A DNA stretch of 51,359 nt from an uncultured Eubacteriales bacterium (GTDB lineage: Bacteria; Bacillota; Sulfobacillia; UBA995; UBA9673), in the NCBI GenBank assembly GCA_913063835.1, contig CAJXZV010000003.1:1-51359 (forward strand). The letters run 5' to 3'. Numbering within the stretch: the first letter of the stretch is position 1; the number at the start of each line of letters is the position of its first letter. Below are positions 21,305-31,411 of this stretch, piece by piece. A program made the position numbers and the translations under genes. A model generated the notes under the pieces. The model was not told where the DNA came from, searched no databases, and worked only from the letters and a program-made list of their open reading frames with translations.

Positions 21305-21342
21305 CAACGTCCACCTCTTTCGAGCTACGGCCTGAAGGCCGG

Positions 21343-21600
21343 CTACTCGGCCCTCTCCAGGATCTCGACAACAAGCCAGCGCTTGTCCTTGCTCAGAGGG
21401 CGCGTCTCCGCGACGCGGACGCGGTCTCCCACGCGACATTCGTTCTTCTCGTCGTGGGCCTTGAGCTTCTTGGTCCGCTTCAGACGGCGCCCGTAAAGCG
21501 GGTGCCTCTCGAGGGTCTCGATGGTGACGACCACGGTCTTGTCCATGGCGTTCGAGGTCACCCGCCCGATCCGCGTCTTCCTGGTCCCTCTGACCTGCAC
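21343..21600 (-). CDS. rpsQ: 30S ribosomal protein S17
   Basis: [14 protein letters not shown]...HPLYG...AHDE.N..GDRV...ETRPLSK.KRW. Confidence 0.98.
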   Translation of the reverse strand: MQVRGTRKTRIGRVTSNAMDKTVVVTIETLERHPLYGRRLKRTKKLKAHDEKNECRVGDRVRVAETRPLSKDKRWLVVEILERAE

Positions 21601-21612
21601 CGCTGAACCTCC

Positions 21613-21828
21613 TTAGCGCACCTGGGCCTGCCTCAGGCCGGCCAACTCGCGTTCTCTCTGAATGGTCTTGACCCTTGCGATGTCCTTCCGCACCTGTCTC
21701 AGCCTCATCGGATTGTCAAGCTGGCCGGTGGCCATCTGGAACCTGAGGTTGAAGAGCTCCTCCTTGAGCTCCTTGAGCTTGGCCTGGAGCTCGGCGTCAC
21801 TCAGCTGTCTCAGCTGCTCAACCTTCAA
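21613..21828 (-). CDS. rpmC: 50S ribosomal protein L29
   Basis: [33 protein letters not shown]; TTG start at 21828. Confidence 0.97.
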   Translation of the reverse strand: MKVEQLRQLSDAELQAKLKELKEELFNLRFQMATGQLDNPMRLRQVRKDIARVKTIQRERELAGLRQAQVR

Positions 21829-22252
21829 CCTGTCCACCACCCAGTTCAGCACGGCTGACGATGCGGGTCTTGAGCGGGAGCTTGTGCGAGGCCAGCCGCA
21901 GCGCCTCCCGTGCCACGTCCGCCGGGACCCCGGCGATCTCGAAGAGGATCCGGCCGGGCTTGACCACGGCCACCCAGTACTCGGGTGACCCCTTACCGCT
22001 GCCCATGCGCGTCTCAGCCGGCTTGGCCGTGACCGCCTTGTCCGGGAAGATCCTGATCCAGACCTTTCCGCCCCTCTTGGTGTGGCGGGTGAGGGCGATA
22101 CGTGCCGCCTCGATCTGCCGGTCCGTCACCCAGGCCGGCTCCAGAGCCTGCAGGCCGTGCTCGCCGTAGAAGATCTCGGCGCCCCGCGTGGCCTTGCCCT
22201 TCCGGGTGCCGCGGTGCGGCTTGCGGTACTTGACCCTCTTCGGCATCAGCAT
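21818..22252 (-). CDS. rplP: 50S ribosomal protein L16
   Basis: [11 protein letters not shown]...QIEAARIA...[21 protein letters not shown]. Confidence 0.98.
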   Translation of the reverse strand: MLMPKRVKYRKPHRGTRKGKATRGAEIFYGEHGLQALEPAWVTDRQIEAARIALTRHTKRGGKVWIRIFPDKAVTAKPAETRMGSGKGSPEYWVAVVKPGRILFEIAGVPADVAREALRLASHKLPLKTRIVSRAELGGGQVEG

Positions 22253-22255
22253 GAA

Positions 22256-22945
22256 TCACTCGCCTGCCTCTCCTTCCGGCACGTCCTGACCCGTCCGGTC
22301 GGCGGCCGCCTTCTTCTCAGGCAGAACCTCGCCCTTGTATATCCAGACCTTTACCCCGATCTTCCCGTAGGTGGTGTCCGCGTCAGCCGCTCCGTAGTCG
22401 ATGTTGGCCCTCAAGGTGTGAAGGGGAACGGTCCCCTCCCACGCGCGCTCCCGGCGGGCGATCTCCGCGCCGCCGATGCGGCCGCTCACGACCACCCTCA
22501 CACCCTTGGCCCCCGCCTTCATCGCCCGGGAGATGGCCTGCTTCATCGCCCGTCGGTGGGATATCCGCTTCTCGAGGGCGCCGGCGATGTTCTCCGCGAC
22601 GAGCCTGGCGTCCAGCTCCGGCCGCTTGACCTCGACGATGTTCACGGCTATCTGCCTTCCGGTCATCTCCTCGAGCTCCCGGCGCAGCTCGTCGACGCCC
22701 GCCCCGCCCCGACCGATCACCATCCCGGGCCTGGGGGTGTGCAGGGTCACCTTCACCCTGTTGGCGGCCCTTTCTATCTCAATCCGGGAAACCCCGGCGG
22801 CGGCGAACTTCCTGTGAATGTGGTTCCTTATCCTGTCGTCTTCGAGGAGCAGGTCGGCGAACTGCTTCTTTCCGGCGAACCACTTCGCGTCCCAGTCCTC
22901 GATGATGCCCAACCTAAGCCCCTTGGGGTGGACCTTTTGCCCCAC
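22256..22945 (-). CDS. rpsC: 30S ribosomal protein S3
   Basis: MGQKVHP.GLRLGI...PGMVIGRGG...[13 protein letters not shown]...[16 protein letters not shown]. Confidence 0.98.
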   Translation of the reverse strand: MGQKVHPKGLRLGIIEDWDAKWFAGKKQFADLLLEDDRIRNHIHRKFAAAGVSRIEIERAANRVKVTLHTPRPGMVIGRGGAGVDELRRELEEMTGRQIAVNIVEVKRPELDARLVAENIAGALEKRISHRRAMKQAISRAMKAGAKGVRVVVSGRIGGAEIARRERAWEGTVPLHTLRANIDYGAADADTTYGKIGVKVWIYKGEVLPEKKAAADRTGQDVPEGEAGE

Positions 22946-22975
22946 CTGGTTCCCTCCTTTCCGCCGCCTCCTCCG

Positions 22976-23344
22976 TCACTCGCGCTCACGGACGACGACC
23001 GTGATGTGGCTGGTCCGTTGCTTTATCTCGAAGGCCCGACCCCTCTGCCGGGCCTGCCAGCGCCTGAAGGTGGGCCCTCCGTCGGCGTAGGCCTCGGCCA
23101 CGTAGAGCTGGTCCCGCTTGAGGTCGTAGTTCTGCTCGGCGTTGGCCGCGGCCGACCTGATGGCCTTGGACACGACGCTCGAAGCCCGCTTCGGAGTGAA
23201 CCGCAGGACCGCAAGGGCCTCGTCCACGCTCTTTCCCCTCACCAGGTCAAGGACGATGCGGACCTTGCGGGGGGCGATCCAGACGTGTCTCACGACCGCC
23301 CGAGCCTCGTCCGGCCTGGCTTTTGTGGTCCTGGTCCGTGCCAT
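22976..23344 (-). CDS. rplV: 50S ribosomal protein L22
   Basis: APRKVRIVLDLVRGK...SAAANAE.N...GPT..R..AR.RGRA..IK.RTSHITVVV. Confidence 0.98.
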   Translation of the reverse strand: MARTRTTKARPDEARAVVRHVWIAPRKVRIVLDLVRGKSVDEALAVLRFTPKRASSVVSKAIRSAAANAEQNYDLKRDQLYVAEAYADGGPTFRRWQARQRGRAFEIKQRTSHITVVVRERE

Positions 23345-23392
23345 CGACTGATACCTCCCGCCCGACCCGGCGAAAGCCGGGGCCCCACTACG

Positions 23393-23677
23393 CTACTTGA
23401 GGGCGGTCGACCGCTCCGTGTGGGCCCCGTGTCCCCGGAAGACCCGGGTCGGCGCAAACTCTCCCAGCTTGTGGCCTATCATCTCTTCGGTTATGTAAAT
23501 CGGAACGTGACGGCGGCCGTCGTGCACGGCGATGGTGTGTCCGACCATCTCGGGGACGATGGTGCAGTCCCGGGCCCAGGTCTTGACGACACGCTTCTCG
23601 TTCCGGGCGTTCATGGCCTCGATCTTCTTCATGAGCTTTGCGTCCACATAAGGCCCCTTCTTCCTCGACCTGCCCAT
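23393..23677 (-). CDS. rpsS: 30S ribosomal protein S19
   Basis: [12 protein letters not shown]...KTWAR...[11 protein letters not shown]. Confidence 0.98.
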   Translation of the reverse strand: MGRSRKKGPYVDAKLMKKIEAMNARNEKRVVKTWARDCTIVPEMVGHTIAVHDGRRHVPIYITEEMIGHKLGEFAPTRVFRGHGAHTERSTALK

Positions 23678-23740
23678 GCAGCGGCGCCTCCCTTCCTCCG
23701 GACTTCAGGCTGTGTCCGGTCCGGTCCCCGCCTCAGGGAC

Positions 23741-24571
23741 CTACCTGGTCCTCCGCTTGACGATGAACCGGTCGGACTTCTTGCGCTTCCGACGGGTGCG
23801 GGTCCCCAGGGCCGGCTTGCCCCAGGGTGTGACCGGGTGCTTGCGCCCGACCGGAGACCGGCCCTCGCCGCCCCCGTGCGGGTGGTCCACAGGGTTCATC
23901 GCCACACCGCGGACGGTGGGCCGCCGGCCCTTCCAGCGGGCCCTCCCGGCCTTCCCGATGGTGATGTTCTCGTGCTCGACATTCCCCATCTGGCCGATGG
24001 TCGCCCGGCAGTCCCTGTGCACAAGGCGGACCTCGCCCGAGGGGAGACGGAGGTGCGCGAACGGGCCCTCCTTGGCCATGAGCTGGGCCGAGGTCCCGGC
24101 CGCACGGCAGAGCTGACCCCCTTTGCCTGGGGTGAGCTCGATGTTGTGGACGAACGTCCCCGTCGGCACCTCGGAAAGGGGCAGGTGGTTCCCTATCCGG
24201 ACGTCGGCACCGGGACCCGACACCACGGTGTCGCCGACCCTGAGCCCCAGGGGAGCCAGGATGTAGCGCTTCTCACCGTCGGCGTAGTGAAGGAGGGCCA
24301 GACGTCCCGAGCGGTTAGGGTCGTACTCGATAGCGGCGACCTTGGCCGGGACGCCGTCCTTGTCCCGTTTGAAGTCCACGTCGCGCAGGGCCCGGCGGTG
24401 GCCCCCTCCACGGTGCCTGACCGTGACTCTGCCGTGGCTGTTCCGTCCGCCCCACCTCTTCTTCCGGGAGACCAGGGCCTTCTCAGGCCGCTTCTTCGTG
24501 ATCTCCTCGAAGGTGGAGACGGTCATGCCCCGCCGCCCCGGCGAAGTCGGTTTGTATTTCTTGATAGGCAC
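23741..24571 (-). CDS. rplB: 50S ribosomal protein L2
   Basis: KPTSPGRR...IEYDPNRS...[18 protein letters not shown]. Confidence 0.99.
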   Translation of the reverse strand: MPIKKYKPTSPGRRGMTVSTFEEITKKRPEKALVSRKKRWGGRNSHGRVTVRHRGGGHRRALRDVDFKRDKDGVPAKVAAIEYDPNRSGRLALLHYADGEKRYILAPLGLRVGDTVVSGPGADVRIGNHLPLSEVPTGTFVHNIELTPGKGGQLCRAAGTSAQLMAKEGPFAHLRLPSGEVRLVHRDCRATIGQMGNVEHENITIGKAGRARWKGRRPTVRGVAMNPVDHPHGGGEGRSPVGRKHPVTPWGKPALGTRTRRKRKKSDRFIVKRRTR

Positions 24572-24680
24572 TGGCGCTCAACTCCTCCAGAGACCCGGCC
24601 GGCACCGACCTCAGCGCCGCCGGCCGGCCGCCCGGTGCCGCCGCCGATGCGGACGGCCCGGGTCCGGCCCCGGGTCCCGG

Positions 24681-24971
24681 TCAGCTCATATCCTCGAAGA
24701 CCTTGATCCTCTCTCCCTCTTCGAGGGTGACGACAGCTTTCTTGTAGCTCGGCCGCCTCCCGCGGAAGACGCCCATCCGGCGCATCTTGCCGAGCTGCCT
24801 GATGGTGTTGACGCTCCTCACCCTTACCCCGAACGCCTCTTCCACAGCCCGCTTGATCTGGTTCTTGTTGGCCCTGGGGTCGACCAGGAACGTGTACTTG
24901 TTCTCGGCCATCGCGGCTGTCGTCTTCTCCGTGACGACCGGGCGGATGAGGATATCCGCGGCCCGCTTCAC
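24681..24971 (-). CDS. rplW: 50S ribosomal protein L23
   Basis: RPVVTEKT...[28 protein letters not shown]...KKAVVTL. Confidence 0.98.
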   Translation of the reverse strand: MKRAADILIRPVVTEKTTAAMAENKYTFLVDPRANKNQIKRAVEEAFGVRVRSVNTIRQLGKMRRMGVFRGRRPSYKKAVVTLEEGERIKVFEDMS

Positions 24972-25594
24972 GATCCGAACACCTCCTCGACCCTTGCCAC
25001 GGCGTCCCGGGTCATGAGGACCTTGGCGTGGCCCAGGAGGTCGTAGACGTTCAGGTCGTCGGCCCGCCGGGTGTCGACCCCCGGTATGTTCCTGGCCGAG
25101 AGGACCAGGGTGCGGTCGGTCTCAGGGGTCACGATGAGGGCCGACCCCTTCACGTTGAGCTTCTCGAGTATCGAGACGACCTTCTTCGTCTTCGGCTCCT
25201 CCAGCTCTATGGTGTCGAGGACGAGCAGGCTCCCGTCCCTGACCTTGGCCGACAGGGCCGAGCAGAGGGCCTTCCGGCGCATCCGCTTCGGGAGGGCCTG
25301 GGTGTAGTCGCGCGGCTTCGGGCCGAAGGTGATGCCGCCTCCGCGCCAGATGGGCGAGCGGATGCTGCCGGCGCGGGCGAGGCCGGTCCCCTTCTGTCTC
25401 CACGGCTTGCGGCCGCCGCCGCGGACCTCGGACCGCCCCTTGGTCGAGGCCGTCCCCCGGCGCTGCGCGGCCAGGTAGGCGGTCACCGCCTGGTGCATCA
25501 AGGCCTCGTTCACCTCTGCCCCGAACAAGGCGTCGCTCAGTTCGACCTCGCCGACGACCTCGCCGTCGACGTTGTAGACGTCAACTCTGGGCAA
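24968..25594 (-). CDS. rplD: 50S ribosomal protein L4
   Basis: [44 protein letters not shown]. Confidence 0.98.
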   Translation of the reverse strand: MPRVDVYNVDGEVVGEVELSDALFGAEVNEALMHQAVTAYLAAQRRGTASTKGRSEVRGGGRKPWRQKGTGLARAGSIRSPIWRGGGITFGPKPRDYTQALPKRMRRKALCSALSAKVRDGSLLVLDTIELEEPKTKKVVSILEKLNVKGSALIVTPETDRTLVLSARNIPGVDTRRADDLNVYDLLGHAKVLMTRDAVARVEEVFGS

Positions 25595-25598
25595 CTCC

Positions 25599-26240
25599 TC
25601 ACACCTTCTTTCGCCGGGCCCCGGCCTGGTCGCGGACCACGACCAGACCGCCCCTCGGTCCCGGTACGGCGCCTTTGATCAAGAGGAGGTTCCTCTCGGG
25701 GTCGACGCCGACCACGGTCAGCCCGCGCACGGTGACCCTTTCGGCGCCCATGTGCCCCGGCAGCTTGCGCCCTTTGAACACCCGGGCCGCGTCACGCGAC
25801 TGGAGGGAACCGGGCGCCCGGTGGTACTTTGAGCCGTGGGCCATCGGCCCGCGCCTGAACCCGTGCCTCTTGATGCCCCCGGCGAAACCCTTCCCCTTGG
25901 ACGTGCCCGTCACGCAGACGATGTCACCGGGCTGGAAGATGTCAGCCGAGATCGTCTGGCCGACCTCATAGGCCGAGCTGTCCTCCACGCGGATCTCACG
26001 GAGGACCTGGGCCGGCTTAACCTTGGCCTTGGCGAAATGCCCCTTGAGGGGTTTGGAGACCCGGTGCTCCGACTGCTCTCCCAGGCCGAGCTGAATGGCT
26101 TCGTAGCCGTCCTTCTCCCGGGTGCGCCGCTGGACCACGACGCAGGGACCGGCCTGGACCACCGTCACCGGGACGGTATGCCCGTGCTCGTCGAAGAGCC
26201 GTGTCATGCCGACCTTGCGTCCCAGGATCCCCTTGGGCAT
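25599..26240 (-). CDS. rplC: 50S ribosomal protein L3
   Basis: [13 protein letters not shown]...[16 protein letters not shown]...HGSKYHR.PGS...KGAVPG. Confidence 0.98.
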   Translation of the reverse strand: MPKGILGRKVGMTRLFDEHGHTVPVTVVQAGPCVVVQRRTREKDGYEAIQLGLGEQSEHRVSKPLKGHFAKAKVKPAQVLREIRVEDSSAYEVGQTISADIFQPGDIVCVTGTSKGKGFAGGIKRHGFRRGPMAHGSKYHRAPGSLQSRDAARVFKGRKLPGHMGAERVTVRGLTVVGVDPERNLLLIKGAVPGPRGGLVVVRDQAGARRKKV

Positions 26241-26311
26241 GAACACTTGCCTCCTATCACGGGGACGCCGCAGGCGTCCCCCGCCCCGACCCGGCACCGG
26301 GTCGGAACTCC

Positions 26312-26620
26312 TCAGAGCTTGATCTCGATGTCGACCCCGGCCGGCAGGTCCAACCTCATGAGCGCGTCGACCGTCTTGGCCGTAGGCTCGACGATGTCGA
26401 TGAGGCGCTTGTGCGTCCTCATCTCGAACTGCTCCCTGATGTCCTTCTCGCCGTTCGGCGCCACCAGGATGGTGTAGACGCTCTTCTCCGTCGGAAGAGG
26501 AACCGGTCCCGAGACCTTGGCGCCGGTGCGCCGTGCCGTGTGCACGATCCGCTCAGCGGACTGGTCCAGAATCTTGTGGTCGAAGGCCCGCAGGCGGATG
26601 CGTATCTTCTGGCTCGTCAT
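26312..26620 (-). CDS. rpsJ: 30S ribosomal protein S10
   Basis: [15 protein letters not shown]...SGPVPLPT...[15 protein letters not shown]...[11 protein letters not shown]. Confidence 0.98.
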   Translation of the reverse strand: MTSQKIRIRLRAFDHKILDQSAERIVHTARRTGAKVSGPVPLPTEKSVYTILVAPNGEKDIREQFEMRTHKRLIDIVEPTAKTVDALMRLDLPAGVDIEIKL

Positions 26621-26642
26621 GACCTACCCCCCTGCCGTCCGC

Positions 26643-27845
26643 CTACTCGATGATGGACGTGACGACACCGGCGCCGACGGTCCGTCCGCCCTCACGGATG
26701 GCGAACCTGAGGCCTTCCTCGATGGCGATGGGGGTGATGAGCTCGACCTCCATGTTCACGTTGTCGCCCGGCATCACCATCTCCACGTCCTCCGGCAGCT
26801 TGATGGTCCCCGTCACGTCCGTCGTCCGGAAGTAGAACTGCGGGCGATACCCGTTGAAGAACGGCGAGTGACGCCCACCCTCTTCCTTGGTCAGAACGTA
26901 GACCTGCGCCTTGTACTTCGTGTGCGGCTTGATCGAGCCGGGCTTCGCCAGGACCTGCCCCCGCTCGACCTCGTCCTTGTCGATGCCGCGCAAAAGCACC
27001 CCGATGTTGTCCCCGGCTATCCCCTCGTCGAGGATCTTCCGGAACATCTCCACCCCGGTCGCCACCGTCTTGCGCGGCTTGTCCATCAGCCCGACGATCT
27101 CGACCTCGTCCCCGACCTTCACCCGGCCGCGCTCGACCCGGCCCGTCGCCACCGTCCCGCGACCCGTGATGCTGAACACGTCCTCCACAGGCATCAGGAA
27201 CGGCTTCTCCGTGTCACGCTCCGGCGTCGGGATATACTCGTCGACCGCGTCCATGAGCTCGAGGACCGACTTGCACCACTCGCACTCCGGACGGCCGCAC
27301 CCGCACTCCAGAGCCTTCAAGGCCGACCCCTTCACCACCGGGATCTCGTCGCCCGGGAACTCATACTTGCTCAGTAGCTCCCGTACCTCGAGCTCCACCA
27401 GCTCCAAAAGCTCCGGGTCGTCCACCATGTCCGTCTTGTTCATGTAGACCACCATCGCCGGCACCCCGACCTGCCGCGCCAGGAGAATGTGCTCCCGCGT
27501 CTGCGGCATGGGCCCGTCCGCCGCCGACACCACCAGGATCGACCCGTCCATCTGCGCCGCCCCGGTGATCATGTTCTTCACGTAGTCCGCATGACCGGGA
27601 CAGTCGACATGCGCGTAGTGCCGCTTCTCCGTCTCATACTCCACGTGCGCCGTGTTGATCGTGATACCCCGCTCACGCTCCTCAGGCGCCTTGTCGATCT
27701 CGTCGAACGGCACATACTCCGCCTGGTCCCTCTTCGACAAGACAAGCGTGATCGCCGACGTGAGCGTCGACTTCCCGTGGTCCACATGACCGATCGTCCC
27801 GATGTTCACATGCGGCTTCGTGCGCTCGAACTTCTTCTTGGCCAT
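26643..27845 (-). CDS. tuf: Elongation factor Tu (copy in the str operon)
   Basis: [48 protein letters not shown]. Confidence 0.99.
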   Translation of the reverse strand: MAKKKFERTKPHVNIGTIGHVDHGKSTLTSAITLVLSKRDQAEYVPFDEIDKAPEERERGITINTAHVEYETEKRHYAHVDCPGHADYVKNMITGAAQMDGSILVVSAADGPMPQTREHILLARQVGVPAMVVYMNKTDMVDDPELLELVELEVRELLSKYEFPGDEIPVVKGSALKALECGCGRPECEWCKSVLELMDAVDEYIPTPERDTEKPFLMPVEDVFSITGRGTVATGRVERGRVKVGDEVEIVGLMDKPRKTVATGVEMFRKILDEGIAGDNIGVLLRGIDKDEVERGQVLAKPGSIKPHTKYKAQVYVLTKEEGGRHSPFFNGYRPQFYFRTTDVTGTIKLPEDVEMVMPGDNVNMEVELITPIAIEEGLRFAIREGGRTVGAGVVTSIIE

Positions 27846-27903
27846 TTTCGCTCGTTCTCCCTTACTCCGTCCGGGGCCGGCGCAGGCCCCGGTTCCGGGA
27901 TGG

Positions 27904-29982
27904 TTACTTCCGCCCCGCCCCCCGGGCGCCGATGGCCGCGCTGGACACCGCGGGCGGCGCCGGCTCGTAGGCGGCGAACTGCATGGTGTAGGTCCCCCGT
28001 CCCTGGCTCTTGGAACGCAGGTCGGTGGCGTACCCGAACATCTCAGCCAGGGGCACGTGGGCCTTTATCACATGGACCCCGCTCCTCGTCTCCATTCCGT
28101 CGACCCGGCCGCGCCGTGCGTTGATATCGGCCAGGACGTCGCCCATGTACTCCTCGGGGACAAGGACCTCGACCTCCATCACCGGTTCGAGGATGACCGG
28201 GTCGGCCTTGGAGAGGGCCCTGCGCATGGCCATCGACGCGGCCACACGGAAGGCCATCTCGGAGGAGTCCACCTCGTGGTACGAACCGTCGACAAGGGTG
28301 CACGAGACCCCGATGACAGGGTAGCCGGCCAGGACGCCGCTCTCGCACGCCTCCCGGGCACCCTGCTCCACCGCGCCGATGAACTCGGACGGGATGACCC
28401 CGCCCTTGATGGCGCTCTTGAAGACGAAGGGTTCCTCCGACGGTTCGACCTCGAGCCAGACGTGACCGTACTGGCCGTGTCCCCCGGTCTGGCGGACGAA
28501 GCGGCCTTCCGCCCGCGAGCGGCCCCGGATGGCCTCCCTGTAGGCCACTTGGGGACGGCCCACGTTGGCCTTGACGTGGAACTCCCGGAGGAGGCGGTCG
28601 ACGATGATCTCCAGGTGGAGCTCGCCCATGCCGGCGATTATCGTCTGGCCGGTCTCCTCGTCCGTGAAGGCCCGGAAGGTCGGGTCCTCTTCGGTCAGCC
28701 GGTCGAGCGAGGTGGTGAGCTTGTCCTGGTCGGCCTTTGTCTTGGGCTCGATGGCCACCGAGATGACCGGCTCGGCGAAGGTCATCTCCTCGAAGACGAT
28801 GGGCCGGGCTTCGGTGCAGAGGGTGTCTCCGGTCTTTGTCTCCTTGAGCCCGACGATGGCCACGATGTCACCCGTCCGCGCCTCGCCGACTTCTTCCCGG
28901 TGATGGGCGTGCATCCGGAGGATGCGGGAGACGCGCTCCCTCTTCCGCCGCGCGGGGTTGAGAAGGACGCTCCCGGCCTTGATGACCCCGGAATAGACGC
29001 GCACATAGGTCAGACGCCCCACATAGGGGTCTGTCTGGATCTTGAAGGCGAGAGCCGAGGCGGCCTCCTCGTCACTCGGCCTGCGCGACGCCGGCTCGCC
29101 GGTGGACGGGACCCTGCCCTCCACGGCCGGGATGTCGACCGGAGACGGGAGGTAGTCGGTCACGGCGTCAAGGAGGAGCTGGACCCCCTTGTTGCGGTAG
29201 GAGGCCCCGCAGAGGAAAGGCACCAGTTCGACCTCGACGGTGCCGCGCCTAAGGGCCCGGCGGATGAGGTCCGGCGGCACCTCCTTGCCCTCGAGGTACA
29301 GGGCCATGACCTCGTCGTCATGCTCTGCCGCCGCTTCCAGGAGCTTCTCGCGGTACTCGCTGATGAGGCCGGCCATCTCCTCGGGAGGTTCCCTGTCGAC
29401 GAGCCTCGTTCCCAGCTCGTCGGTGTAGTAGACCGCCTTGCCCTCGATCAGGTCGCAGATGCCCCTGAAGCCGTCCTCACACCCTATGGGGAGCTGGACG
29501 ACCACCGGCCGGCAGCCCAACTTCCTGCGGGCCTCCTCGACCACCGCGAGGAAGTCGGCCCCGACGGTGTCCATCTTGTTGACGTAGGCGATGCGCGGGA
29601 CCCGGTACTTGTCGGCCTGACGCCAGACGGTCTCCGACTGGGGCTGGACACCGCCCTTGGCGCAGAAGATGACGACGGCCCCGTCGAGGACCCTGAGCGA
29701 CCTTTCGACCTCGATGGTGAAATCTACGTGCCCTGGCGTATCGATAATGTTGATGCGGAAACCCTTCCAGTCGCACGCGGTGGCGGCGGATGTGATGGTG
29801 ATTCCCCGCTCCTTCTCCTGGACCATCCAGTCCATGGTCGCGGAACCCTCGTGGACCTCCCCCATCCGGTGCACGCGTCCCGTGTAGAACAGGATGCGCT
29901 CGGTGGTGGTCGTCTTCCCGGCGTCGATGTGGGCGACGATACCTATGTTCCGCACCTTTTCAAGGGCGTGCTCTCTAGCCAT
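27904..29982 (-). CDS. fusA: Elongation factor G
   Basis: [63 protein letters not shown]; ATG at 29982 with a GGAGG SD. Confidence 0.99.
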   Translation of the reverse strand: MAREHALEKVRNIGIVAHIDAGKTTTTERILFYTGRVHRMGEVHEGSATMDWMVQEKERGITITSAATACDWKGFRINIIDTPGHVDFTIEVERSLRVLDGAVVIFCAKGGVQPQSETVWRQADKYRVPRIAYVNKMDTVGADFLAVVEEARRKLGCRPVVVQLPIGCEDGFRGICDLIEGKAVYYTDELGTRLVDREPPEEMAGLISEYREKLLEAAAEHDDEVMALYLEGKEVPPDLIRRALRRGTVEVELVPFLCGASYRNKGVQLLLDAVTDYLPSPVDIPAVEGRVPSTGEPASRRPSDEEAASALAFKIQTDPYVGRLTYVRVYSGVIKAGSVLLNPARRKRERVSRILRMHAHHREEVGEARTGDIVAIVGLKETKTGDTLCTEARPIVFEEMTFAEPVISVAIEPKTKADQDKLTTSLDRLTEEDPTFRAFTDEETGQTIIAGMGELHLEIIVDRLLREFHVKANVGRPQVAYREAIRGRSRAEGRFVRQTGGHGQYGHVWLEVEPSEEPFVFKSAIKGGVIPSEFIGAVEQGAREACESGVLAGYPVIGVSCTLVDGSYHEVDSSEMAFRVAASMAMRRALSKADPVILEPVMEVEVLVPEEYMGDVLADINARRGRVDGMETRSGVHVIKAHVPLAEMFGYATDLRSKSQGRGTYTMQFAAYEPAPPAVSSAAIGARGAGRK

Positions 29983-30089
29983 CTCTCGCTCGACCTCCCT
30001 TCCGTGACCGGCGTCTTCTCCCGGCGGCAGGCCCGGCCCGCCGGCGACCGATAGCCGGCACCGGGCCGCAGGCCCGGCACCCGACCGTA

Positions 30090-30560
30090 TCACCATCGGT
30101 AGTGGGCGAAGGCCTTGTTGGCCTCGGCCATCCGGTGCGTGTCTTCCTTCTTCTTCACCGCGTTGCCGGTGTTGTTGGCCGCATCGATGAGCTCCGCGGC
30201 CAGCCGTTCGGACATGCTTCTTTCGCCCCGGTTCCGCGCCGAGTCGATGAGCCAGCGCATGGCAAGCGATGACCTGCGTTCAGGCCGCACCTCGACCGGC
30301 ACCTGGTACGTGGCACCGCCGACCCTCCTCGACTTGACCTCGAGGACGGGGGCCACGTTCTTCAGGGCCATCTGGAAGACCTCGATGGGGTCCTTGCCCG
30401 TCCTCTCCCGGATGATGTCCAAGGCCGTGTAGACGATCTTCCGGGCCAGAGACTTGTGCCCGGCGTACATTATCTTGTTCGTGAACCGGGCCAAGGCTTC
30501 ATTGCCGTAGACCGGGTCGGGCTCGATTTTCCGGCGCGGCGCCCTGCCGCGTCTTGGCAC
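30090..30560 (-). CDS. rpsG: 30S ribosomal protein S7
   Basis: MPRRG...[18 protein letters not shown]...[15 protein letters not shown]. Confidence 0.99.
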   Translation of the reverse strand: MPRRGRAPRRKIEPDPVYGNEALARFTNKIMYAGHKSLARKIVYTALDIIRERTGKDPIEVFQMALKNVAPVLEVKSRRVGGATYQVPVEVRPERRSSLAMRWLIDSARNRGERSMSERLAAELIDAANNTGNAVKKKEDTHRMAEANKAFAHYRW

Positions 30561-30581
30561 TGTGCTCCCCCCTGCCTCACG

Positions 30582-30956
30582 TCACTTCTTCGGTCGCTTC
30601 GTCCCGTACTTGGACCGCCCGCGCTTGCGGCCCTCGACCCCGGCGGCATCCAGTGTTCCCCGGATGATGTGGTACCTGATACCCGGCAGGTCCTTGACGC
30701 GTCCGCCGCGCACCAGGACCACGGAGTGCTCCTGGAGGTTGTGCCCCTCACCGGGGATGTAGGCGCTGACCTCCTCGCCGTTGGTCAGGCGCACCCGTGC
30801 CACCTTCCGCAGAGCCGAGTTGGGCTTCTTCGGCTGCATGGTCTTCACGACCGTGCAGACGCCCCGCTTCTGAGGGTTGCCGCGCAGGGCGGGCGATTTC
30901 GACTTCTCCCGCTTGCGGGCTCTCCCCTTACGGATCAACTGGCTTATCGTCGGCAA
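30582..30956 (-). CDS. rpsL: 30S ribosomal protein S12
   Basis: (M)[11 protein letters not shown]...[16 protein letters not shown]...GGRVKDLPG; TTG start at 30956 after GGAGG. Confidence 0.99.
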   Translation of the reverse strand: MPTISQLIRKGRARKREKSKSPALRGNPQKRGVCTVVKTMQPKKPNSALRKVARVRLTNGEEVSAYIPGEGHNLQEHSVVLVRGGRVKDLPGIRYHIIRGTLDAAGVEGRKRGRSKYGTKRPKK

Positions 30957-30974
30957 CGAAACACCTCCCAAGAG

Positions 30975-31017
30975 AACAAAAAGGACCTTCAATCAACTCT
31001 TCAGTTGTCAGCGCCCT
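30975..31017 (-). terminator. Terminator/attenuator-like hairpin containing a putative kink-turn, between L7Ae and rpsL
   Basis: RNA AGGGC(G)CU-GA-CAACU-GAAG-AGUUG-AUU-GA-AGGUCCU-UUUUGUU: 5-bp C stem, 3-nt bulge, tandem G.A/A.G pairs, 7-bp outer stem, U tract. Confidence 0.55.
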
Positions 31018-31036
31018 AGCTGGTCAGGCCTCCTTG

Positions 31037-31291
31037 CTAGTCCTCGAGCACGGCCGCGGAGGCCGCCCCGACCTGGATCCCGCAGGCTTGCCCTAGCCTC
31101 GCCATGGAGTCGGCGTAGACAACCTCGACGTTCTTCTCTTCGCAGAGCCTCAGGAGCTCCCGCACCACGCGCTCTTCGGCGTCGCGGGCGACGTAGACAA
31201 CCTTCACCTGGTCCTTCTGGAGCGCCTTCAGCGTCTGCTTTGTCCCCACAGTCTTAGCCTTGGCCCCGGTAAGCCTCTCATAGAGCGACAC
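31037..31291 (-). CDS. L7Ae family K-turn-binding protein (YbxF/RplGB-like)
   Basis: VGTKQTLKAL....VKVVYVARDAE...MARLGQACGIQVGAASAA; canonical position between rpoC and rpsL. Confidence 0.93.
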   Translation of the reverse strand: MSLYERLTGAKAKTVGTKQTLKALQKDQVKVVYVARDAEERVVRELLRLCEEKNVEVVYADSMARLGQACGIQVGAASAAVLED

Positions 31292-31346
31292 TGAGTCGTT
31301 CCCCCTGAGCTGGAATAACCGGGTCAAGCCAGACAAACACTCACCT

Positions 31347-31375
31347 ATTCTAGCACCCGGTCCTGAAAGTGTCAA
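31347..31375 (-). promoter_or_regulatory. sigmaA-type promoter of the L7Ae-rpsL-rpsG-fusA-tuf (str) operon
   Basis: TTGACA-N17-TAGAAT with an extended -10 TG. Confidence 0.8.
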
Positions 31376-31411
31376 TGCAAAGGCCGCCTGCCGCGTCCCC
31401 GGGCTGTCCGG

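Noticed and set aside
22082-24706. Very long plus-strand ORFs (874 aa here; also 27802-30054, 15062-16759, 1696-3303 and others)
   Set aside because: They are antisense shadows of well-conserved minus-strand genes, expected at high GC3, and carry no recognisable motifs.
31292-31340. Second K-turn in the 5' UTR of the L7Ae gene
   Set aside because: CTGG-CTT-GA...CCAG lacks the opposing GA and a credible NC stem.
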